Shown in pieces: positions 13,740-27,696 of a stretch of 64,000 nucleotides of DNA (position 1 is its first letter; every line of letters begins with the position of its first letter). The notes under the pieces are model-generated. The model saw only the letters and a program-made list of their open reading frames with translations. It was not told the DNA's origin and did not search any database. This DNA comes from Eledone cirrhosa (Eukaryota), in contig OZ024744.1 in NCBI GenBank assembly GCA_964016885.1, positions 82,212,001 to 82,276,000 on the forward strand, read 5' to 3'. Position numbers and translations under genes: made by a program.

Positions 13740-14240
13740 TACGGAACCGACACAAAGTAAAACTAGGATACTCCTGTGTTAAGAACATGAAAGCCTACAT
13801 GACCAACAGCCCTAAGAGCAACACCCCCACTAGGATGCTCTTGCCGTAAGCCCGAAGCTTGTCCCCTTCAACAGCAAGGCAACACACCAAATCAACCATA
13901 GGAGGTTAAAGTCTATGTGGGTATGGCGGAGGGCCGATTTAAGGAACGCTTCCTGAACCACCAGTCGACCTTTAGGTATCCGGACAGACGTTCACGCATG
14001 AAACTCGCGAGCCACGTACGGTCCCTCAAGGACTCAAGTAGCAAGTATAGACTACTTCCATTCAATGGAAAGCCATCACTAAGTCCAAGCCATATGCGAG
14101 GTGCAATCCGTCGTGTGGACTATGTATTGATGAACGAATAAATATTCTAAAGAGATTACGCAATAGTGATTCCCTAAACACGAGAAATAAATTTTTCACA
14201 CGTTGTCCACACATCTGGAAACACCTCTTACAAAACTACA
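13740..14240 (+). mobile_element. Penelope-like element GIY-YIG fragment (different subfamily)
   Basis: KVKLGYSCVKNMKAY and YVGMAEGRFKERFLNHQSTFR..LASHVRSLK; frameshifted. Confidence 0.8.
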
Positions 14241-14365
14241 AAGCTCCGGATTGAATTACAACAACATCCTAATTTTCTTATCAACTAGAAACTTTCGAAC
14301 TTTCGCAGTTATCTCCCTTACACCTCTCGCACGCAATTTAGTATTGCCTGTATTAAGTGATCGTC

Positions 14366-14434
<69 letters not shown>

Positions 14435-14438
<4 letters not shown>

Positions 14439-14473
14439 ATACTTTGGGAGGGTCATGCATGTTGCCAATAACA
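14435..14473. mobile_element. Collapsed TGTTA..TAACA MITE (Ginger-like termini)
   Basis: TGTTATACTTTGGGAGGGTCATG...CAATAACA flanked by ATAT. Confidence 0.5.
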
Positions 14474-14531
14474 ATATCGGTTTCAATACACGATTTCAGA
14501 TAAAGAATCTTGCTAAACAAATTCAGAAACG

Positions 14532-14741
<210 letters not shown>

Positions 14742-14747
14742 TATACA

Positions 14748-14796
<49 letters not shown>

Positions 14797-15394
14797 GGAG
14801 TTTAATTATTGTAAACGACTGAGAGTTTATTCTCAAAATATAATATAATGTATAGCTCCTTTATTGTAAGAGCTGTTCCTTAATCCGGCATAAGCGGCTG
14901 TTATTTCTAGCACCGTAAATGTGGGATAGCTAGTTTTGGCCTGCCTACCCACGTGTAGTCAGTCCTGCAAAATGTTTGATGTGTGATAGACTAATCTTAC
15001 TGGATTCCTGTTGATATGCACAGTTGATTTGGATATTTCACTCTTTTATTTCTATTCCATTTCGATTCTCTTTATTTTTCAATTCACATTCCACCATTGC
15101 GAAACTTATTTGGGTTTCGAGGTTCAAATTCGTCTACAGAACAGGTTTGAATTTTGAAATTTAAATATGTCCAGGAATCATGGCAGTTGCCAATATAACC
15201 TTGTCTTTATTGACTTGTATCGAGACAGACAAATTGTATTCACTTTTATTAGTTTATTTCATTAATAGCTAACTTTGTCTGTTGCAATGTAAACACATTT
15301 CGTGTTTATCATATACTTTAAATGTATTTAACTGCTCGGAAGAGCCCCTTCCTGGAGCTTAATTATTGTAAACGACTGAGAGTTTATTCTCAAA

Positions 15395-15499
<105 letters not shown>

Positions 15500-15951
15500 A
15501 TGTGTGTGTGTGTGTGATGGTAGCTAAGATGCTTCCATAGGCGGTATGTCGGTTGAGCACTCTATGCTCTTAGAGAGCAGAGTATGACATAATATGAAAC
15601 GAAAAATCAGTGATGCATCTGAACTCAATTTATTGTGTATTACAATTGTTTCGCCGACGGACGGCTCGAGACGCGGTCATTGTGTGGATCTGTCTGGTTC
15701 TGGACCCGCAGATCACACGTACATATGTGTGTATTCATATTTCCATTCAGACGCACATATACTTATGTGTGAATGTATATGTTTACGTACTATTACATAT
15801 ATGTGTGAGTTTGTGTATGTGTATGTTTACGTATTTGGATATTTATATATTTTTTCCCCCTCAATTTATGCCCGTTATTTTATTTCAGCCTCACTTCCAT
15901 TTATCCTAAACTCTGTTTTCAAATGTATATCACTATTCCATATTAAATAAA

Positions 15952-16018
15952 TATTTCTTCTGATGAATGAAGACAGACATGGGTGTCTGTCTTCAGGAAA
16001 CCACTGGAAAATGAAATA
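15952..16018 (+). ncRNA. Degenerate hammerhead ribozyme
   Basis: UAUUUCUU-CUGAUGA-A-UGAAGACAGACA-UGGG-UGUCUGUCUUCA-G-GAAA-CCACUGG-AA-AAUGAAAUA. Perfect 12-bp stem II; U16.1 is replaced by A. Confidence 0.6.
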
Positions 16019-16109
16019 ATTATCTTATGTTGTTTATTACATAACTAAAAAGTTATGTAGTCTTCATAGAGCACTCTCTTTTCCTTTACCTTTCCTACGG
16101 AAATACTTC

Positions 16110-16174
<65 letters not shown>

Positions 16175-16279
16175 ATGCGATGAAATACCAATGATGGTTG
16201 GCAAATCACTGATGAGGGACTTATTTTATAATATGTAATCCATGTGTAACCATGCAGTATTCTTCTCCCCTTGTTTTTC

Positions 16280-16319
<40 letters not shown>

Positions 16320-17246
16320 CTCCATGTGTGTTTATTTTCATAATTCCGCACGAGGTGAACTAGCCTGCTTTTAAATTCGTTTTCTGGCATATTTTGGCAG
16401 TGATACTTTTGGTTATAGCGTGGAACTCTACTGAGGAACGATTCCTACCGTGACCAATCCCACTGTAAAGTTCGTGAAATAGTCTTTTTAAGACTATATA
16501 GAGCATTTGTCGTTTTTCCAAATTGAAGGATGAGTATTTAAACTTTAGTTATTCTGAGTTAAGACTCTATTGGTTTTTTCCCTGGATTTCACAAAATGTG
16601 TGGATAAAATCTCTGTCTTGATTTTTTTTTATTTGAGTTTGAATTATTTTCCCATATCTTACGTTAATTATTTTCCATTTATAGTCACTTATATGTCTGA
16701 ATTACTGTTGGCTTTTTGCTCACATTAATATTTTCATATATATACATATATATATATATATGCATACCTATATGTGTAAATATAGGTGTACAACATGCGT
16801 GTGAACCTGTTTGTGTGTGTGTGTGTGAGAGAGTGTGTATGTGTGTGCACCCGCTTATAAGTAAATATATTCTTAAACAGTAAATATTGGTGTGTGTGTA
16901 ACATACTGCTCACATTTAAAACTGCAGTGACGTTCTCTTAACATTACACAGACATATTTGAAATGGAAGGAGGTTAGTATATATGTATCCTGAGGGAAAT
17001 CAATCAGGAATTTGTGGAATTTACATATTCGGATGCTGCCACAAGCCAACTCTTTCATGGTCTGAATCTACACTGAGCATCATGGCATAAGAAAATCTAT
17101 CTAAAATGTTTGAAAGCAAGCGATGGTTGCAGTGTACTATTAACAATTTATACTGAGAAGTTCTCCTGAGATATACACTGTTGTCACTTAGTAATTAACT
17201 CTTTTGAGATTAATCTGTCGATATTTCCACAGAAGATTATATATAC

Positions 17247-17499
<253 letters not shown>

Positions 17500-17836
17500 G
17501 TGTATGTGTATGTTTGTGTGTGTACTGACATGCACACACACTATTTTACTTACATATACACACACATTTCTTTTCACACACACACACACACAGACACACA
17601 TATGCTTACACACGTGCACAAGTATAGCTCCTTTTACAAAACATTTTTTTTCCATTTCAGGTAGACGCGTTCCATCATCTACTTTTCTAAAAAATACAAA
17701 TCATACACAAAACGCCAGCACCAACAGTTTTGCAAGAGATGTCAACATGAATGGACCTGTTATTTTTATCTAAAGACAATTTTTCCAATTCCAACCCACC
17801 CGTCCCCTCAATCTGTCACATTTCTCATTCTTTCTG

Positions 17837-17868
17837 CTGACGAAGGACTAGCGTCCGAAACGTTAAGA
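17837..17868 (+). ncRNA. Hammerhead-like core (PLE-type)
   Basis: CUGACGA-A-GGAC-UAGC-GUCC-GAAAC-GUU. Stem I is poorly paired. Confidence 0.5.
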
Positions 17869-17983
17869 CCCTCTTCCTGCTATTTCAAGCGTTAAACTAA
17901 TATATTCCTTCCATATACTGTATCGACTGTGTTGTTATTTCTATTTACCTTTTACGTACATACATATATATATATATAAATAA

Positions 17984-18030
<47 letters not shown>

Positions 18031-18042
18031 TATACATATATG

Positions 18043-18076
<34 letters not shown>

Positions 18077-18170
18077 TGTATGCATATATTCCTACATACG
18101 TATATATATATATATGTATATATACACACACTATATATATATATAAATAAATAAATAAATATATATATAA

Positions 18171-18270
<100 letters not shown>

Positions 18271-18889
18271 CTGTATATATATATATATATAACAAAAAAT
18301 AATAATAACAAATCTTTCAAATAGAGAATAGCTGAAAAAATACCTATAATCGAAATGAAGCAATAAAAAAAGGAGCAATTTAATGATAATATATAATTAT
18401 TTCTTATTCAGGTACAAACTGAACCATTTTGGAGAAAGGGAGAAAAAGTGCCTAGTCTGACTGTGTTTGACTGTCGTCTTGTTTCTGCTGTTGCTTAATT
18501 TATTGAACGACGGAGAACGAACGGTAACGTTGACAAGAACGACATTTGAACAGAAAATATATAATGAGGTAAATGAATACCATTGGCTGTTTCCCTTTGT
18601 GTTTTACAGATTTTTGCCATCCACGACGGACACACACGCACATACACATAATAAACACGCTCATACACACACACATACATACACCACCATATATATATAA
18701 ATATATATATTATATATAATTTTTTTACCCTCTTTTTAATCTGTTTACCCTCTTTTTATTTTTTTATCCTCTTTTTAATTTTTTTATCCTCTTTTTAATT
18801 TTTTTCTTTCCCTTTAGCCCCCTTTAACCTCTTTAATGTCTTTCCACCCCCCTCACACCTTCGGAACTCTTTTCCTTCCCACTTTTCTC

Positions 18890-18917
18890 CTGATGAAGGG
18901 CTTATGCTCGAAACGTC
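18890..18917 (+). ncRNA. Hammerhead-like core (PLE-type)
   Basis: CUGAUGA-A-GGGC-UUAU-GCUC-GAAAC-GUC. Stem I is not evident. Confidence 0.5.
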
Positions 18918-19026
18918 GTCCCCCACCCCCTTCTCTCAAGTGTGAACCTAATACTAACACTTTGTACTGCACTCTTCGTTATTGTTTTTGCTTTCTGTTT
19001 TAACTTATATATATATATATATATAT

Positions 19027-19140
19027 TGTTATATTTTGAGAGGGTCATATTTTTATAATATTGCCAGAAAGATATAGTAAATCACACTCACTATATATTT
19101 CTGGCAATATTATAACAACATGTCCTCTCCCAATATAACA
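19027..19140. mobile_element. Palindromic MITE with TGTTATA..TATAACA termini
   Basis: ~45-bp imperfect TIRs, with ATAT on both sides. Confidence 0.7.
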
Positions 19141-19996
19141 ATATTGGTTTCAAAACACGATTTCATATCAAAACCCTTGTTCACCCCTGCACATAATCCC
19201 GAACTTACAACTAATAACAAAATGTGTATGCTCTGAATCACGGACTGGCGCTTTGGAAGTGCAAGTCCAATGAATTCTTTGAGCAAATAGGAAAGTTCAA
19301 CAGACTAGCACAAACTCAGTCTGTCTAGTTCGATATACTTATAGTAATTATCCTTCGTAACGGATATACCTCTGACTGTAAGTTGAATGTTTCTGTATGT
19401 CTTATATCTCTCTCTATATATAAAATTCGTTATATCTCTGTCTCTCTGTTGCTATCCATTCTCAAACAGCTGGACGAAATCAAATCAAATCTTACAAGGT
19501 AATAGTATAAGAGCCCGAGAGTGACAACATGTAATTTTTATTTTCATTTGGATTAAAAAAATATAAGATTTTATCTAAAATAACATTTCTGTAGGGAACT
19601 ATAGAATTGGGATTTCTACGTATTCCTACGCCTTTGGAAACCACGTGAGGCAAGAGTGCTATTGTGTCGTTAGTAGACCTTTGTGATAGAACAAGAAGGA
19701 TCGCTTACGTTGACAAAATACTGTGTTGATTCTGCCGCGTCCATGCCTTCCATACAACTCTGGATTTAATGCGTGGCTTCAGTCTATTGGGTTCAGTTAT
19801 TGAACCGCAGTGCACAGGTCACGGAGTAGAAGAAACGATATTTGATCCGGGCTAAATTGTTTACACCCGTACATACATAATCCCTAATAACTAAATGTGT
19901 ACACTCTGAATCACCGAAGTCAAGTCTTGTGAATTCATTGAGCGAGTGGGGAAGTTCAACATACTAACACAAACTCAGTTTGGTTAGTTCGATATA

Positions 19997-20055
<59 letters not shown>

Positions 20056-20099
20056 AAGATGAATATAAAATGAAAGTGCTTTTTAAAAAAAAAAGGAAT

Positions 20100-21565
20100 T
20101 TATTAGGTATTGACATATGTTTCTGTAACAGACGGAATATCTATGTATCGCTGCTTGCGTAATCATATAATGTTAGTAAGTATTCGATAGCAAATGTATA
20201 ATCAGTTGTCACTTCTTCAGAGATTTTGGATAAATTGGAAAAAATCAGAAAAATTGAAGTATTTATATTAGTTGTAATAGAGGAAGAAGAGAGGGGATAG
20301 TATATGACAGATGGTAATTCAATTTACTGCTAAACAAGTATATAAAGGGTTTCTAATGAGAATACAATGAGTAAATGGTTTATTTTATCTAAATAAGAAT
20401 TTTTGGGAGTGCCTATTTTAATCTATACTTGACCAATTGAACAATGGACAGGGCTGGTCATTTGGTGTAGTAGTATTAATTATAAAGTGTCAATTAAGGA
20501 AGGGGGAGATTTCGACTGCTACTGAATAACATCAATGCTAGTAGCCAGCATTAGGGAATTGGATTAAGAAATCTCATTTTATCTATAGCATATTAAATGG
20601 TAAATAATAGAAGAGTTGATAGAATTAAGACTAATAGAGAATGTTAATATGTATTTTGACAATCAAACGGAGATGGAGACAGGCGTTCAATCCTGGTAGT
20701 ATTTGTAATATGAAAATGTAGATTTTAAGCGATGGTTACAGTATAACGATCGCTCTATTCTGCTATTTAATAAAATGTTTTTGGATTTCATAATACAAAA
20801 TAATTCCATATTACATAATTTACAAAATTCCTGTCCGTGGCGATATGGAGGGGCAGCTGCTATTATATCCCATTTTAGGTTAAATTGTTGGTTATTTTCA
20901 CGCAGCTGCCAAGCCTTGTCTGTGAGTGTTGTTACATAACGCTGGTTTTCATGTTTTATTGAGTAACGATGTCTATAAAGGCGTGATTTAAAGGAGGTGG
21001 CTGTAGATCCCACATAGTACCACTTCTGTCTATCCGATTCGATAGTACATTTGTATATTATGTTGCGTTCAAGACACTGATATTTCAACGGACACATTCC
21101 TGGCTGGACACAGTTACAGTTATAATTTTGCGTTGTTGTATTGGCATGGATGGATTGATGAGGTTGCTTAGGTAGGACGGGATGTTGTTTGTTGTTTTGT
21201 GATGTTATAGCTAATGTTTTACGTGTATTGTTATGTGTTGGAAGGCGTTTATGCAACCGTTTTGCGTTAAGCTTTTTTATATGTTGTTCAATATTAGGGG
21301 CGGTTGAATATGAAAGTCAAATAGTGTTAGGGTTTAAGATTTTATTATATTTATGTGATGTTGGAAAGTGTTTTTTAACTAATCGAAAGAATTGTGAGGG
21401 TAGATTGGTTTTAATAGAGTTGTTATAGACCGGGTTGTACCATATATACTCTTTACATCGTCTTCTGTTTGGTGGTGTGCGACTATTATTGTGTCTATTG
21501 CGGTAGTGTATGTATGGTGGTGATTCTGTGCTATTTCTACCCCTATGGGATTTATTATAGTCCAT
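20100..21565 (-). mobile_element. Penelope-like element 3' part (linker + GIY-YIG)
   Basis: IWYNPVYNNSIKTN..LVKKHFP; CNCVQPGMCPLKYQCL, IIYKC..YYVGSTATSFKSRLYRH, CKLCNME. The left boundary is approximate. Confidence 0.88.
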
Positions 21566-21591
21566 CTGGTTCCTTACTACACCTTCTTCGT

Positions 21592-21630
<39 letters not shown>

Positions 21631-21634
21631 ACTA

Positions 21635-22412
21635 CCAGCAGTACCCAGCGTTGCTTGGGTAGGTAAAATAATATATACTTTGATGAAAAGGTGTTGATCT
21701 TAGCGACTGCTTCTTGATGATTCATCTATGGCCACACACAGGCCATGCGGGGGAGGGTGATGATGACCTCTATCACTGAGAAACGCGGGTGAATGACGAG
21801 GGAGATTCGAATTTGAACGAAATCGGTTGAAAAATGTGGGAGATAGAGCCGAAAAGGTGGAAATTTGAGCGAAAAGGTGGTATTTTCGAATATTTAAGCG
21901 TGCCACACCGTTGCTGAACAAAAAATCCAAAATATAAAGCCACTTTAAGACGTGAATTAATCAGATCTAACGTAGTGTAAAATATGAACAAAGTAGGTTG
22001 ATTAATGTGGGAGCTAGAGCCGAGAAAGTGAAAATTTGAGTCTAAAAGTGGTATTTTTGAATATTTAAGCGGCTGCCACACCGTCCCTGAACAACAAATG
22101 CAAAATATAAAGCCATTACAGGATGTGCAATGATAAATTCTATTTTGCTTTAATATTTGAACGAAATCGGTGGCTAGAGTAAAAAATCTTATCTTTCGAT
22201 ACCTAAAAAAAGTGACCCCCCCCCCCTCCCCCCTATCGATTTTTATCTGCAGAATTACCCCGGAATAAAAAAAAAAACGATACGCTGATATATAGAAAAC
22301 ACTCCCCGATGACTAATCTATGAGCCTGTAAAGTTTCATGAAAATTAAGCCCCTATAGGTAATAGACAGACACACAGACACATACACATACTTAATTTTA
22401 TATATATACAGA
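21635..22412 (-). mobile_element. Non-autonomous Helitron
   Basis: Minus strand begins A|TCTGTATATATATAAAATT..(TGTC)n and ends with hairpin ACCCAAGC-AAC-GCTGGGT followed by CTGG|T. Internal ~170-bp duplication (21834/22004). Confidence 0.72.
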
Positions 22413-22465
22413 TATATAAGTATATCGAACTAGCCAAACTGAGTTTATATATGTATATATATATA

Positions 22466-22568
22466 CATGGTGTCCCCCCAAAATGTATACACAACTTCAT
22501 TACCTGTGCAGGCAATACTTATTAGAATGCACAACCTTTGTGCATACATGTTTTTGGGGGACACCCTT
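22466..22568. mobile_element. Tc1/mariner-type MITE
   Basis: TIRs CA(T/G)GGTGTCCCCC..AAAATGTAT.CACA, flanked by TA. Confidence 0.75.
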
Positions 22569-22910
22569 TATTTATGTATATATGTATATATATACACACA
22601 AAAGGAAATAAAGGGAGCCGACCCTTACACTTAACCAAGGAATTAATGTTTTCATTGGTCATTCCATTGTCGATACGACCTGTCAGTCTCTCACATATCC
22701 TGGTACTTTGAATACTTTATAAATAATAATTTCTAATTTCGGGACACGATCATTAATTTGGATGGCTGGGGAGGTGGTTATGTTGATTCCAGTATCTGAC
22801 TGATACTCTATTTTATCGACATCGGGAGAATAAAAGGTAAAATCAAATACAGTGGAATTTCACGATGTTCTTACGATTGCACCAACCCGTCATCCTCATA
22901 TACAATTATA

Positions 22911-23125
22911 GGGCGGTGGATTGGCAGTATCGGTAGAGAGTCGGACGCCATGCTTTGCGGCATAGAGTTACGGTCCTTTACGTTCTGAGTTCAAATTCCG
23001 CCGAGGTTAATTTTGCCTTTCATCCTTATGTGGGTCCATAAAATAAAGTACCAGTAACGTACTGGAGTCGATTTAATCGACTTTCCCCTACCCTCAAATT
23101 ACTAGCCTTGTGCCTATACTAGAAA
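22911..23125 (+). mobile_element. tRNA-derived SINE, full length
   Basis: GGGCGGTGGATTGGCAGTATCGGTAGAG...GAGTTCAAATTCC...GCCTTTCATCCTT.. Confidence 0.92.
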
Positions 23126-23134
23126 TATATATAT

Positions 23135-23355
23135 ACAATTATTTCTACTTTTGGCACAATGCCAGCAATTTGAAGGGAAGAGGGAAAGTCGAATAAATCG
23201 GGCCCAATGCATTACTGGTACTTTATTTTATTAACACCGTAAGGAGGAAAGGTAAAGCTAACCTCGGCAGGATTTGAGCTCAGAATGTATAGGGCAGTAA
23301 CTATGTGACGCAAAGCATGTTGTCCGACGCTCTACCCATACAGTAAACTGAACGT
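23135..23355 (-). mobile_element. tRNA-derived SINE (tail-to-tail with the previous copy)
   Basis: Reverse complement of the same consensus. Confidence 0.88.
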
Positions 23356-23706
23356 CCTACAATCATTATGAGTAATAAGAGAACACTTACTTACAAAAGA
23401 AAATACATCGTAATAAAAATGAAAGCAATGGCGAAAATATACAAAAAAAAAAGATCAGACATGCAAACATGTATGAAAAATATATTGATATATCTAAACA
23501 GACACACACACACACACATATATATATTTATATATATATATATATATACACTTATATATATATATATACTTATATATATACTGTGTGTATATATATATAT
23601 ATACTATGTATATATATATATATATGTTTTGCGAGGTTTTTTATATGAAATTGTGTGTCGAAACAAAGATGGCGTAGATATACAATACAACAGGAGGAAC
23701 ATAATA

Positions 23707-23750
23707 GTACCACTGATGATGTTGCAGATGTGCAACGAAAGAACTTTGTC
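23707..23750 (+). ncRNA. Hammerhead-like motif
   Basis: CUGAUGA-U-GUUGCA-GAUG-UGCAAC-GAAAG-AA-CUU. Perfect 6-bp stem II, weak stem I. Confidence 0.55.
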
Positions 23751-24025
23751 AAACTATATATATGTGTTTATATCTATATTATATTTGTATTTTGACCGCT
23801 GGTCAGTCAATGGTAAACATTGAGGACCGAATGAATTAACTGTGGAGATATAAAAGATACAGAAGCGAAAACCAACCAAACAGTGAGTGTGTTCTGTTAT
23901 TATTTCTGGTAATATTATTACAACAATATGACCCTCCCCAAGTATAACAATATATATATATATATTTCGTTTCTGAATTTGTTTAGCAAGATTCTTTATC
24001 TGAAAACGTGTGTTGAAACCGATAT

Positions 24026-24547
24026 TGTTATACTTTGGGAGGATCATGTTGCCAATAAGAAACACACGCACCAGTTGCTTTCACTTCAATTTATTATAAA
24101 TTAAATTTATAAATTTAGGAATTTATAAATTTCCGGTTGGTTGGTTCCACAACCAGACGATTGTTCATATATTGTCAAATTCTTTCGTCACACATTCTGT
24201 GACCTCTTCAGTGACTGGGGATTCTTTTCTTTGTTTTTGTGCCTCTCCTTTGTTCTGTGCTACGCCATCTTGTTTGTGTGTGTGTTGTGTGCTTAGTTTG
24301 CGCATGTGTTACATCCGGGTGTCTGTGTGTGCTTATATTTGTTTATTTATTTGTTTATTTACATGTTACTGGTTGGTTGTTTGTTCTATGTGTGTGTGTT
24401 TTCATTTTGTCCTTAATTGTAAGATGTGATGTTGCTATTCCATTCATGTTTTCTATTTTCTATTTAATTTTGGTTATAATAAAATGAAGTGAAAGCAACT
24501 AGTGCGTGTGTTTCTTATTGGCAACATGACCCTCCCAAAGCATAACA
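24026..24547. mobile_element. MITE with ~75-bp TIRs (TGT..ACA, ATAT flanks; Ginger-like)
   Basis: TGTTATACTTTGGGAGGATCATGTTGCCAATAAGAAACACACGCAC..., with its reverse complement ending at 24547. Confidence 0.8.
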
Positions 24548-24570
24548 ATATATATATATATATACATATT

Positions 24571-24690
<120 letters not shown>

Positions 24691-24715
24691 AAAAACCACA
24701 AACCCTCCATCACAA

Positions 24716-24759
24716 TTCTACTTTTGAAAAGCAGAAGAACTGCGAAACCGGTAAAGGAA
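24716..24759 (+). ncRNA. Degenerate hammerhead motif
   Basis: ACUU-UUGAAAA-GCAG-AAGAA-CUGC-GAAA-CCGG-UA-AAG. The core has two transitions relative to CUGAAGA. Confidence 0.45.
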
Positions 24760-25039
24760 CGAAATAAATATATATTTAAAAAAAAGAAAAGACTCCAGTT
24801 ACATTTTCGATTTCATCTTCCCCCCCCCCCATATATATATATATATATGGTTATATTGATTATAATTTTGCCGACCTGAGCAAATTATGTAAGGGGAAAA
24901 TATAATATAATCGCTGGTTAATTGTGAACCGTGCTAGCTTACCAGCTAGTTGTGAGTCAGTCCCTGGGTTACTGTATCGATATATATACTCTAGTTTAAG
25001 TGGAACAAACAAGCAACATCACAAATAACTAATAAATAA

Positions 25040-25600
25040 CAATTTCTACTATAAACACAATGCCAGCAATTTTTTTTTTGGTGGTGGTGGTGGTGGGGGG
25101 GGGGGGAAGGGTCGAGTAAATCGACCCCAGTGTATTACTGGTGCATTATTTTATTGATCTCGTTATAATGAAAGGCAAAGTTAACCTCGGCGGGATTTGT
25201 TCGACTCTCTACTGATACCGCCAATCAACCACCCTCAAATAACTAATAAATAATTGTTTCTACTTTTGGCACAACACCAGCAAATATACCCCAGTGTATT
25301 ACTGGTCGGTACTTTATTTTATCAACCCCCGTAAGGATGAAAGGCAAAGTTAACCTCGGCGGGATTTGAACTCAGTGCGTAAAGGGACGTAACTGTGCTG
25401 CAAAGCATGGCGTCCGACCCTCCACCGATACTGCCAATCCAACTAATAAATAATGATTTCTCGTATAGGCACATGACCAGTGATTTGGGGAGAGGGGAAG
25501 TCGATTAAATTACTGGTACTTTATTTTATCGACCTCGTAAGGATGAAAGGCAAAGTTAACATCGGCGGGATTTGAACTCAGATCGTAAAGGGATGTAATA
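25040..25600 (-). mobile_element. Three tandem SINE copies
   Basis: Three reverse-complement SINE bodies, each preceded by AACTAATAAATAA. Confidence 0.88.
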
Positions 25601-25767
25601 AGTAATAAATAATACAAGGATATCCCATACATTGACAATGGAATGAAAACTTTTTACCTTTTGCAGTTTGAATTAAGTGTTCGGCTAAAATTCGGAGAAC
25701 GTTACAGGCGCTTGAAGTAAAGGTATAACGGCAGAAATGTTACTATTATAATAAAAAGATGAAATAG

Positions 25768-25975
25768 AGCTGGATTGGAGGTATCGGTAGAGAGTCGGGC
25801 ACCATGCTTCACAGCATAGAGTTACGGCCCTTTACGGTTTTATTTTAAATCCCTCCGAGGGTAGCTTTGCCGAGGTCGATAAAATAAAATACCTGTAACG
25901 TACTGGGTCAATTAATCGACTCCCCCCCCCCAAAAAAAATACATTGCTGGCCTTGTGCTCATAGTAGAAACCCCA
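25768..25975 (+). mobile_element. tRNA-derived SINE (internal deletion)
   Basis: SINE 5' and 3' motifs present. Confidence 0.8.
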
Positions 25976-26023
25976 TTGTAACAACAAGATGAGGATAAAA
26001 GAGGAAACAAAAGGAAACATGTC

Positions 26024-26092
<69 letters not shown>

Positions 26093-26401
26093 AAGGTTAC
26101 ATATATATATATATAAAGTCATAGATATATATGTGTTTTGCAACAGGTCACGTTGTGGCTTGGTCTAATTGATTTTTTATATGGTTAGTTATGCTAATTG
26201 GGAGAGGAAATGGTATATATTATATCTAGTGATTCTAATATCTAGTGATATATATATATATAAGTAGATGGGATATTTAATTTGTTGGAAATACAACAAA
26301 TATTTATAACTGATTCAGAGCACTCAACACTTTCCAGGGATAACTTAAGCCGTTAAGGTATATTATCCTTGGTCATGTCAAATATTTATAAAACATTTTG
26401 T

Positions 26402-26460
26402 ATTTTATCTGATGATAGCGTACCAAAATTTAGGTACCCTAGAAATATATATAATAGAAA
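26402..26460 (+). ncRNA. Minimal type-I hammerhead ribozyme (family H, copy C)
   Basis: UUUUAU-CUGAUGA-UAGCGUACC-loop8-GGUACCCUA-GAAA-UAUAUA-UA-AUAGAA. Core intact. Confidence 0.87.
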
Positions 26461-26524
26461 AAATATGGTTTTATAAATATAGTTTCCATTTAATATCATT
26501 GTCTATATATATATATATATTTTT

Positions 26525-27352
26525 TTTTTATTTTGTTTTGACCTGTTTAGCTTGATTTGTATTTAGGCTTAGGTGGTTGACGCTTTCTTGACCACTATTT
26601 CAGTTTTGTATGGCGTCGTAACATATTGTTAGCTCTAGTTTTTTTAACTATGGAGCGCTTGCCAATATCGTTTCTGATTTTTGCGTTTCGTTTCGCCTTT
26701 CCTACCCGCCGAAATACGATTCTCGCTAAATCTATATTTGTATTAATCTCCGGAGTCTTACAATTAACTTGTTAATAATTTTTATTGACAGGTTAATTGT
26801 ATAAGTTTATTTTAAAAACTACCCGGTTGAGAACTTATTCGATTTGTGCTATTTATGCAATTTTTCGCATGATATACACATACTGAATTCATTTGCCAAA
26901 ATCTGGGGTTCTTTCCCCTTGTGAATTCCACACGTGATTTTACGTGCCTCTGTGTCACTCACACATTTGGCACAGAGAAATATACCTGTTGATAACGTGA
27001 TATTCCTTGTTCGACCATTATACCTAAAGCTTATATTTTTAAGCAGACAGTACTTTGATTTAGGGGTCATAGAAACCCTGCATTTGGATTTTAACATCAA
27101 TTCCAAGGAGTTCAGGTCTGTGTTTTCTTTATCATTTATTTTATTTTGATTTGACCTGTTTTAGCTTGATTTGTATTTTGTCTTAGGTGGTTGACGCTTT
27201 CTTGACCACTATTTCAGTTTTGTATGGCGTCGTAACATATTGTTTAGCTCTAGATTTTTAACTATCGAGCGCTTGCCAGTGTCATATCTGAGTTTTGTGT
27301 TTCGTTTCGCCTTTTCTACCCGCCAAAATGCGATTCTCGCTGAATCTATATT
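26525..27352. mobile_element. Unclassified element with ~210-bp terminal direct repeats
   Basis: 26525-26739 is repeated at 27138-27352 (period 613). Confidence 0.7.
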
Positions 27353-27641
27353 TATATATTTATATATTATATATTATATATTATAAATTGTAAATTGAAA
27401 TATATATATATAGATCACTGCATAAATTTAATTCCCAAGAAGAAACTGGAACATTTTTCTCTGAGAGTTTCTTATACTCTGAGGAAGGGAATTTTAAGTC
27501 ACAAAATATTAGGACAAAAGAAACAACAGCAACAAAATAACTGAATAAAACAAAGATTACCAAATAACTTAATTGTTTCGTTACCTTCATCTTATCGTCC
27601 ATTTTGTATTGTTTCGACTTATATTTTCCCCACATCATATA

Positions 27642-27696
<55 letters not shown>

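Noticed and set aside
16209-16240. CTGATGAGGG as a hammerhead core
   Set aside because: No downstream GAAA or stem.
22911-23005. tRNA gene
   Set aside because: The A/B boxes belong to a multi-copy SINE head; there is no cloverleaf or acceptor stem.
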